From: Nitrospirota bacterium
GTDB taxonomy: Bacteria; Nitrospirota; Nitrospiria; 2-01-FULL-66-17
DNA: 64,000 bases
NCBI GenBank assembly: GCA_049325335.1
Contig: JBMOMC010000007.1
Span: 64,001 to 128,000, forward strand
Reading direction: 5' to 3'
Shown: piece after piece, positions 57,680-64,000 of the stretch
Layout of the letters: each line of letters starts with the position of its first letter
How positions within the stretch are numbered: position 1 is the stretch's first letter
The notes under the pieces: generated by a model
What the model was told of the DNA's origin: nothing
The model's input: the letters and a program-made list of their open reading frames with translations, nothing else
The model's database searches: none
Made by a program: the position numbers and the translations under genes

Positions 57680-58390
57680 CTACGTGGGTTGAACGCCCAT
57701 CCAGACCACATTCGGCCAGCCAGTGGTGTAATCCACCCGGGTCATACTCCCGGGCTCGATCACCATGCGCTTCCCGTGTTCCAACGCACAGCCCAAGGCC
57801 GCGCACAACGCGGCGCGAATCGTGCCGACATGGGTCACGGCCACGACAATCCCGCCGGGATGCCGGGCGATGAGGTCCGCCACCGCGGCCTCGACTTTCT
57901 GACCGAATTCCTCCAACGACTCGCCGCCCTTGGGCGTAAACCCCAACGGGTCGGCTTTCCACGCCATCCAGCCGTCGGGGTCCTCGCGCCTGACCTCGTC
58001 AACCAATCGCCCGTTCCACCGGCCCATGCTGCGTTCCAGCAACTCGGGCCATGCCGTCCCCTGAAGCCCCAACACGCACTCGATCGATGCCGCGGTCTGA
58101 CGCGTGCGCAACGTTGGGCTGACATACAGCCCCGCGACCGGCAGCCCTTGTCGCTCGAACCAGCGCCCCAGGGCTTGCGCGTGACCCGCCCCCTGCGTGT
58201 TGAGCGTGGGGCCTTCGCCGTCTTCATAAAACCGATCCGGATGATAATCCGTGGCACCGTGCCGACACAAGATCAGCGTGCCGAGGAGCGATTTACGGCC
58301 CCGCATCGTGGCCTGTTCGTGATCCGCCTTGTCCAACGGTTGACCGATCATGGAATCCGGACGCAGGGTGGTTGACCAGACCGGCGCCAT
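57680..58390 (-). CDS. Histidine phosphatase family protein (CobC/GpmB-like)
   Basis: LCRHGAT, SPTLRTRQTA, LERSMGRWNG, GGESL and VTHVG motifs. Confidence 0.9.
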   Translation of the reverse strand: MAPVWSTTLRPDSMIGQPLDKADHEQATMRGRKSLLGTLILCRHGATDYHPDRFYEDGEGPTLNTQGAGHAQALGRWFERQGLPVAGLYVSPTLRTRQTAASIECVLGLQGTAWPELLERSMGRWNGRLVDEVRREDPDGWMAWKADPLGFTPKGGESLEEFGQKVEAAVADLIARHPGGIVVAVTHVGTIRAALCAALGCALEHGKRMVIEPGSMTRVDYTTGWPNVVWMGVQPT

Positions 58391-58391
58391 C

Positions 58392-59162
58392 TCAGGCCCG
58401 TTCCCGCATGAACATCCACATGGACCAGGCCACGGACAGCGCGCAGAACACGGTCACCACGCCCACCGCCAACCCGAAATCCGCGTCCCACCGTTGCCCG
58501 GCCAACAACGTCCGCGTGGCCTCAACGCTGTAGTGTACCGGGTTGACCGACGCAATCGCGGCGATCCAGCCCGGCATGAACACTTTGGGGATAAACGCCG
58601 ACGTAAAGAACATCAAGGGCAACGTCATCATATTCCCCGCCACCACCAAGGGTTCCTCGCGGCGAAGTTTCAGCGCGATGCCGTTGGACAGGCTGGAAAA
58701 CCCGATGCCCATGCCGAACACCGTGACGAACAACAATACCAATCCGGACGCGCCGACGTGAATCTTCGCGCCAAGCAGCGCGGCCACCGCCAGCACGATG
58801 GTGACCTGCAACACCACCAACACCCCGTTGTGCAGCACGCGGCTCAACACGATCGCGGGCCGGTTGACCGCGGTGACCATCATCTTCTCGATCGTGCCGT
58901 ACGTGATCTCCCGCAACAGGTTGACGCCAGCCCACGAGGAGCCGAACAGCACGGTCATCACCACGATGCCGGGAGCCAAAAAATCCAAGTAACTGTCCGA
59001 GGGGAACCCAGCCATCCGCGCAAAGTGCGCGAACAACTGACCGAAGATCACCAGCCAGATCAGCGGCTGGACCAAGCCGAACACGGTCCACATCGGCATA
59101 CGGAACGTGATGCGGGAGTATTTCACGAACAGATGCCAGGTATCAGCGAGGGCCGCGCTCAT
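58392..59162 (-). CDS. ABC-2 type exporter permease (DrrB-like)
   Basis: LVQPLIWLVIFG, YLDFLAPGI and MPGWIAAIASVNPVHYSVEA motifs. Start trimmed to ATG 59162. Confidence 0.9.
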   Translation of the reverse strand: MSAALADTWHLFVKYSRITFRMPMWTVFGLVQPLIWLVIFGQLFAHFARMAGFPSDSYLDFLAPGIVVMTVLFGSSWAGVNLLREITYGTIEKMMVTAVNRPAIVLSRVLHNGVLVVLQVTIVLAVAALLGAKIHVGASGLVLLFVTVFGMGIGFSSLSNGIALKLRREEPLVVAGNMMTLPLMFFTSAFIPKVFMPGWIAAIASVNPVHYSVEATRTLLAGQRWDADFGLAVGVVTVFCALSVAWSMWMFMRERA

Positions 59163-59167
59163 CGCAC

Positions 59168-60424
59168 TTACCGTCCTTTGTCCTTGTCCCAGGTTTGTTG
59201 CGGCCACGACCCGGAGCCGGAGTCCTGTCCGTGCCCGGCGCCGTTCCAGTTTCCCGGCCCGCCGTCGCCCGATTCGCCCGACCACTGTTTCCACGCCGGC
59301 GAGCCGGACCCGTTGGTCTCGGTGGTCTCAGGCGCCGCAGCGGGTTTCTCCGTCCGCGCGGCGGCCGATCCCTTGTCCTCGGCAGACGACTCCGCCCACT
59401 GCTTATTGCCCCAGGAGCCGCCCCCCCCTTTTTGCCACTTGGTCCACCACGCCTCCCCGCCGGACGACCCGGTATCGGCTGAAAATGCTTTTCCGGTATG
59501 CTTTAGGAAGACGTCGTCCAGGCTGGGCCGCGACAAGGTAATCGACCGAATGCCCGCGCGCGCGGCATCCAGCGCGGGCAACAGCTTGGGCAACGCTTCG
59601 CGGCCCTCCTTGACGACCACGTGCAGACTGTCGCCCTCGGCCACGATGTCTTTGACCAACGGATGGCTCTTAAGAACCTGCCACACTGACGGCCCCGGCG
59701 CGCCGTTGTCGAACGTCAAGCGGATGGCGTCCCCGCCGACCCCGTCCTTGAGCGCTTCGGGCGTCCCCACCACTTTGACTCCGCCTTGGTCCACGATCGC
59801 CACCCGGTGGGCCAGCTTATCGGCTTCTTCCAGGTAGTGCGTGGTCAGGAAAATCGTCATGCCGTCGGACGCGTTGAGCCGTCGAATATAGTCCCACAAT
59901 GCGTGGCGGGACTGCAGGTCGAGTCCCAACGTCGGTTCATCAAGGAACAACACCCGCGGCCGGTGCAGCAACGCGGTGGCGATGTCCAACTTGCGTTTCA
60001 TGCCGCCGGAGTACGACGAGACCACCTGGTCGGCGACGGACTCGATGTCGAACAGGGCCAACAACTCGTTGGTTCGTTCCGCGATGATGCGGGCCTCTAG
60101 ATGGTAAAGCCGGCCCTGCAACACCAAGTTCTCTCGACCGGTCAGGAAATAGTCCACTCCGGCTTCTTGCGCCACGTACCCGATCACGCGACGGACCGCC
60201 GCGGGCTCACGAACCACGTCGAACCCAGCCACCGACGCGGCGCCGCTCGACGGTCGACTCAGCGTGGTCAGAATCTTGATCGTGGACGTTTTCCCGGCGC
60301 CGTTGGGCCCCAGAAACCCGAGGATCTCGCCTTCGGACACGGACAGGTCCATGGCGGACAACGCGGTTCGTCCGCCATAATACACTTTGGACAAGCGTTC
60401 GGCGTGAATGATGGGAGAGGACAT
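59168..60424 (-). CDS. ABC exporter ATP-binding subunit (DrrA-like) with Trp/Gly-rich C-terminal extension
   Basis: GPNGAGKT, YSGGMKRKL, LFLDEPT, TTHYLEEAD and PSLDDVFLKHTG motifs, then a low-complexity tail of about 100 aa. Confidence 0.92.
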   Translation of the reverse strand: MSSPIIHAERLSKVYYGGRTALSAMDLSVSEGEILGFLGPNGAGKTSTIKILTTLSRPSSGAASVAGFDVVREPAAVRRVIGYVAQEAGVDYFLTGRENLVLQGRLYHLEARIIAERTNELLALFDIESVADQVVSSYSGGMKRKLDIATALLHRPRVLFLDEPTLGLDLQSRHALWDYIRRLNASDGMTIFLTTHYLEEADKLAHRVAIVDQGGVKVVGTPEALKDGVGGDAIRLTFDNGAPGPSVWQVLKSHPLVKDIVAEGDSLHVVVKEGREALPKLLPALDAARAGIRSITLSRPSLDDVFLKHTGKAFSADTGSSGGEAWWTKWQKGGGGSWGNKQWAESSAEDKGSAAARTEKPAAAPETTETNGSGSPAWKQWSGESGDGGPGNWNGAGHGQDSGSGSWPQQTWDKDKGR

Positions 60425-60427
60425 GCG

Positions 60428-60955
60428 TTACCGCGCCGCGTGCGCGCGCTCACCACGCGACGGCGCGATGAACGTGCCCGACTTTCCTCCCGTCTTCTTC
60501 AACAAGCCGACGTCTCCAAACGTCATGCCTTTGTCGATGGCCTTACACATGTCATAGATCGTCAGCAGCGAAATCGACACCGCCGTGAGCGCCTCCATTT
60601 CCACGCCCGTTTGCCCATGCACTTTGACGGTCGCGGTGACCGTGATGGCGCACTGGCCGTCGGCATTGGGAGCCTGATGTTCGGTGAACGCAATATCCAC
60701 GCCGGTCAGCAACAACGGGTGGCACATGGGAATCACGTCCGACGTGCGCTTCGCCCCCATAATCCCGGCCACTTGCGCCACGGCGAGCACATCGCCCTTT
60801 TTGATCTGGCCCGCGCGGATGCGTTCGAACGTGGCGGGTAACATGTACACCGTGCCTTCGGCGATCGCGGTCCGGTCGGTCTCGGACTTCTCGCTCACGT
60901 CAACCATGCGGGCGCGCCCCTCGGCGTTAAAATGCGTCAGATCGTTTTCGGCCAT
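60428..60955 (-). CDS. moaC: Cyclic pyranopterin monophosphate synthase MoaC
   Basis: [44 protein letters not shown] and KTGGKSG motifs. Confidence 0.97.
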   Translation of the reverse strand: MAENDLTHFNAEGRARMVDVSEKSETDRTAIAEGTVYMLPATFERIRAGQIKKGDVLAVAQVAGIMGAKRTSDVIPMCHPLLLTGVDIAFTEHQAPNADGQCAITVTATVKVHGQTGVEMEALTAVSISLLTIYDMCKAIDKGMTFGDVGLLKKTGGKSGTFIAPSRGERAHAAR

Positions 60956-61389
60956 GTCAGCTCCTTACGTCGATAATGAAGGTCGCCTGGACGCCGTGCG
61001 ACTCGATCAACAAACCGGCACAGCGCACTTTAGTTTTGCAAAATCTACACCTCTGAGTTCGCAGGACCACGTGTACCCGGCATGTGGCTCGGCGATGACT
61101 ATTCCCATGCTTGACTTTGAGACCAAAATCCGGAATAAATCCGTCCCGTAGTGGTTTAAGTGCTATACCGACGACACGAATTATTTATTCAGTAATGTTT
61201 CATGAAATAGCTCGTGGGTTATAACAGTCCATCCTTCAGCAGTCAATGCGTTCGCGTCGCCAACACCGTGACGCGTGAAGGGAAAAGCAGGGAAGACTTT
61301 TTCCCCTTTTTCTTGATTGAAGAAATTTCTTGGACGTGTACGTTGTTTTAACTCTTGGATTCAGAAGCGTTTCCTTTAATGCACGTAAA

Positions 61390-61405
61390 TGGCACTGTAC
61401 TTGCT
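61390..61405 (+). promoter_or_regulatory. Sigma54 (-24/-12) promoter for moaD-moaE-moaA
   Basis: TGGCAC-TGTAC-TTGCT is a perfect consensus, about 30 nt upstream of moaD. Confidence 0.8.
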
Positions 61406-61436
61406 TAAACTCTAAGAGCTTGAAAGAGAGGATCGA

Positions 61437-61694
61437 GTGGTCACCGTGAGATTCTTTGCTGTGCTGAAAAAACTCGTTGGACGAGAGATGATGCATGTGG
61501 ATGTCGGCTCCGGACAAATGACGCTAAAAGACTTACTTGATCGACTGGATAAAGACATCCCGTCATTCCGGACAACGCTCCGAGAAGGCCGAACCCTGAT
61601 CGCCGTGAACCAAGAAACCGCGCAAGAGGACACGCTCATTTCAGACGGCGATGAAGTCGCGTTTCTCCCACCGTTTGCCGGTGGACAACTCTAA
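61437..61694 (+). CDS. moaD: Molybdopterin synthase sulfur carrier subunit
   Basis: VRFFA, IAVNQE and DGDEVAFLPPFAGG motifs, with a QL extension. Confidence 0.92.
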   Translation: MVTVRFFAVLKKLVGREMMHVDVGSGQMTLKDLLDRLDKDIPSFRTTLREGRTLIAVNQETAQEDTLISDGDEVAFLPPFAGGQL

Positions 61695-61705
61695 CCCGAG
61701 GCGAG

Positions 61706-62164
61706 GTGACGCTGATGATGCCGCAGGAAACCGGGTCGACGCTGGAATGGATCAGGATTCAAGAGGAAGACTTCTCGGTTGAAGAAGAAACCAACCGCAT
61801 TAAAGAACGTTCAAAGCGCATCGGCGGCATCGTCACCTTTCTGGGAACCGCGCGCGACTTTTCCAAAGGCCGAGACATTAACCGCATCGACTTTGAATAC
61901 TACCCTGGCATGGCGGAAAAACGCTTAAACGAAATCCGCGAACGCGCATTGCAGGATTACGACATCATTGAAGTCAGCATCATCCATCGGGTTGGCCGCA
62001 TCGAGACCGGCGAAAACATCGTGTTGATCCTGGTCGGAGCCGAACACCGTAAAGACGCCTTTCGCGCGTGCGAGTGGTGCATCGACGAATTAAAGCGCAT
62101 CACGCCGATCTGGAAACGCGAGGAAACCACGCAGGGCGAAGTGTGGGTGGTTGAACATCCGTAA
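61706..62164 (+). CDS. moaE: Molybdopterin synthase catalytic subunit
   Basis: GGIVTFLGTAR, EYYPGMAEK, HRVG, AEHRKDAF and IDELKRITPIWKRE motifs. Confidence 0.95.
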   Translation: MTLMMPQETGSTLEWIRIQEEDFSVEEETNRIKERSKRIGGIVTFLGTARDFSKGRDINRIDFEYYPGMAEKRLNEIRERALQDYDIIEVSIIHRVGRIETGENIVLILVGAEHRKDAFRACEWCIDELKRITPIWKREETTQGEVWVVEHP

Positions 62165-62264
62165 TAGGGCAATGAGTGACTCACGACGGCTCGTCTCTGG
62201 ACGAGTAAGGTAGATTGACCCCCGGGCCTCACGGCTCCGGGCGGTCCCAAGCGAGGGGGAGAAC

Positions 62265-63308
62265 ATGATCGAAAAGGCGGTCGCGCAATCACAGGTCGTG
62301 GGGTCTGAACAGGAGTTCGCCATCCTGAAGGACAACTTCAACCGCAAGATCAGTTATATGCGGATTTCCATCACAGACCGGTGCAACCTTCGCTGCACCT
62401 ATTGCATGCCGGCCTGGGGGTTCGAATGGATGGATCGAAACAGCCTGCTCACCTACGATGAAATTCATCGGTTGGTCGGCGTGGCGGCCAAACGCGGCTT
62501 GTACAAGGTCAGGGTCACCGGCGGTGAACCGCTGGTACGCGACGGCGTGGTGGACTTCGTGGCGGGCCTCAAGGCCATCAACGGTATCCGTGAAATTGCG
62601 TTGACCACCAACGCGGTGCTGCTCAAGAAATACGCGCAAGGCCTGAAAAACGCGGGGCTCGACCGAGTCAACATCAGCCTCGACTCCCTCGATCCCAAGA
62701 AGTTCGAAGAGATCACGCGCGGCCACGTGTTCTGGAAGGTGTGGGAAGGCATCGAAGAGGCCGAACGCGTGGGACTCAACCCCCTCAAGATCAACATCGT
62801 GCTCCAGAACGGCGTGAACGATATGGAAGCCGTCGACTTCGCCAAGATGACCATCGATAAGCCGTACGAGATTCGCTTCATCGAATACATGCCGGTCAAC
62901 GACTACGAAGACTGGAAGAGCAAATACATCCCGGTCGCCGACATCAAAAACCGAATTGCCAGCGAACTCGGCGAGCTGATTCCGGTTCAAGAGTCCGAAT
63001 CCGATGGCCCGTCCAAGAACTTCCGCTTAGAGGGCGCCAAGGGAGTGGTGGGATTCATCACCGCCATCAGCGACAACCATTTCTGCGAGAAGTGCAACCG
63101 AGTCCGCTTAACCGCGGATGGCAAGATCCGGCCGTGCCTGTTCTCGGCTATTGAGGTGGACTTCTTGGATGCGTTGCGGAACAGTTGCAGCGACGAAGAC
63201 ATCGACATGCTGTACGACCAGGTGTTGGGAATCAAACCGCAGGCTCACGACCTGGATAAATTTTCTGAAGAAAAGATGCTCAAGGCTATGGTGAATATCG
63301 GCGGGTAA
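62265..63308 (+). CDS. moaA: GTP 3',8-cyclase
   Basis: RISITDRCNLRCTYCMP, TGGEP, RFIEYMP, FCEKCNRVRLTADGKIRPCL and C-terminal IGG. Confidence 0.97.
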   Translation: MIEKAVAQSQVVGSEQEFAILKDNFNRKISYMRISITDRCNLRCTYCMPAWGFEWMDRNSLLTYDEIHRLVGVAAKRGLYKVRVTGGEPLVRDGVVDFVAGLKAINGIREIALTTNAVLLKKYAQGLKNAGLDRVNISLDSLDPKKFEEITRGHVFWKVWEGIEEAERVGLNPLKINIVLQNGVNDMEAVDFAKMTIDKPYEIRFIEYMPVNDYEDWKSKYIPVADIKNRIASELGELIPVQESESDGPSKNFRLEGAKGVVGFITAISDNHFCEKCNRVRLTADGKIRPCLFSAIEVDFLDALRNSCSDEDIDMLYDQVLGIKPQAHDLDKFSEEKMLKAMVNIGG

Positions 63309-63329
63309 CCGTCTCACTCTCCTCCCCCC

Positions 63330-63372
63330 AGAGAGCCCTTGGACCCTCGTGGTCCGAGGGCTCTCTCTTTTT
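63330..63372 (+). terminator. Rho-independent terminator after moaA
   Basis: AGAGAGCCCTTGGACC-CTCGT-GGTCCGAGGGCTCTCT followed by a T-run. Confidence 0.85.
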
Positions 63373-63522
63373 CTCCCCCACCTTTTTCTTGACAACGCAC
63401 TTTTCCCTCTGTTAGGTTCAAAAAGGGCGATCGAGACGCCCAAAAGTTCCAGAGGTTTTACTAGGATTGGTAAAAGTCATACCCTGATTTCCCCATGACC
63501 TCACCTTCAGCCTAAGGAAACC

Positions 63523-64000
63523 GTGATCGACCAACCAAATCTCGGCCATGTCTGCATTCTGGCTGACGACGAACTCGTCGGCCTCGCACAAAGCCTCATC
63601 GGGCCAATGAATCTTGCCTTGTCTCGCGCCAAAGACGAACAGGAGCTGGCGCAACTCGTTCGCCATACCCACCCACTCCTCGCTATCGTTCACAGCTCCA
63701 AGAAATCAATCGACTTACCGGACCTTTGTACCGGACTCAATCGGATTCAAGACGATCTCGCGATCATGATCGTCCTCTCGATCGAACACCTGCACCTCCA
63801 AAAACTCATTGCCGCGTCACCCAAATTAAAGGTATTGACGGAACCCATTGATTTATCGGTCTTCAGCCAGCGCCTCCTCGAATCAACCGGGCTTTCCAGT
63901 CCCATTGATCGCGCGATTGGACAGGACGATATCAGGAATCAAAGCGATTTCGGGCACCTGCTGGGTCTCAGTCCGAAGATGAAAGAGACCATGATGATCA
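63523..64000 (+). CDS. Sigma54-dependent enhancer-binding protein with degenerate receiver domain (partial)
   Basis: Not in the ORF track. GTG at 63523 after AAGGA gives VIDQPNLGHVCILADDE...LAIVH...KVLTEPIDL...FGHLLGLSPKMKETMMI. The last motif is the usual entry to the sigma54 AAA+ domain. Confidence 0.6.
   Translation, partial: MIDQPNLGHVCILADDELVGLAQSLIGPMNLALSRAKDEQELAQLVRHTHPLLAIVHSSKKSIDLPDLCTGLNRIQDDLAIMIVLSIEHLHLQKLIAASPKLKVLTEPIDLSVFSQRLLESTGLSSPIDRAIGQDDIRNQSDFGHLLGLSPKMKETMMI

Noticed and set aside
57680..58390. Calling the phosphatase cobC and the block a cobalamin operon
   Set aside because: No other cob/cbi genes or B12 riboswitch are visible, and histidine phosphatases have broad substrate ranges.
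61236..61517. Short minus-strand ORFs in the moaC-moaD gap, and 63418-63693
   Set aside because: They overlap the sigma54 promoter, moaD or the bEBP gene on the opposite strand and have no coding features.
62165..62264. Possible Moco riboswitch upstream of moaA
   Set aside because: Only small hairpins are visible (for example CTCGTC-TCTG-GACGAG) in 100 nt, and I cannot match the Moco RNA consensus by eye. An Infernal scan would be needed.
55785..63308. Assigning the organism to a specific metal-oxidising lineage (for example Nitrospirota)
   Set aside because: The gene content is compatible, but there is no marker gene in the window, so taxonomy cannot be supported without a search.

Overview
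A GC-rich diderm bacterial window. About 61 kb is transcribed on the minus strand as one envelope and surface-biogenesis region. In transcription order (right to left) it holds five blocks. (1) moaC, a DrrAB-type ABC exporter, a histidine phosphatase, a His-rich ferritin-like protein and a Cyc2-like cytochrome-porin. (2) An O-methyltransferase, a LolA-like protein, an MMPL/RND exporter and an outer-membrane barrel. (3) A sigma54-type promoter, two Cys-rich secreted proteins with no family I recognise, and a strong terminator. (4) A TPR plus barrel protein (Slam/BcsC-like layout), a DUF1302-like barrel, a 1,421-aa FG-GAP lipoprotein, and eight translationally coupled TMTC-like GT-C/TPR glycosyltransferase paralogs interrupted by one membrane-fused spermidine-synthase-like gene. 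(5) GT2, DPM1-like and GT-C glycosyltransferases, GDP-fucose genes (gmd, fcl), a hybrid nonulosonate pathway with a radical SAM enzyme, and a Wzx-like flippase. Divergently on the plus strand, a consensus sigma54 promoter precedes moaD-moaE-moaA, followed by a partial sigma54 enhancer-binding protein. The best candidate for an undescribed system is a secretion and multi-TMTC O-glycosylation line for unknown surface proteins, linked to a Cyc2-like heme porin and possibly to an exported molybdopterin-derived metabolite. Family calls come from motif recognition by eye and no database searches were run. No rRNA, tRNA, CRISPR array or mobile element was seen.
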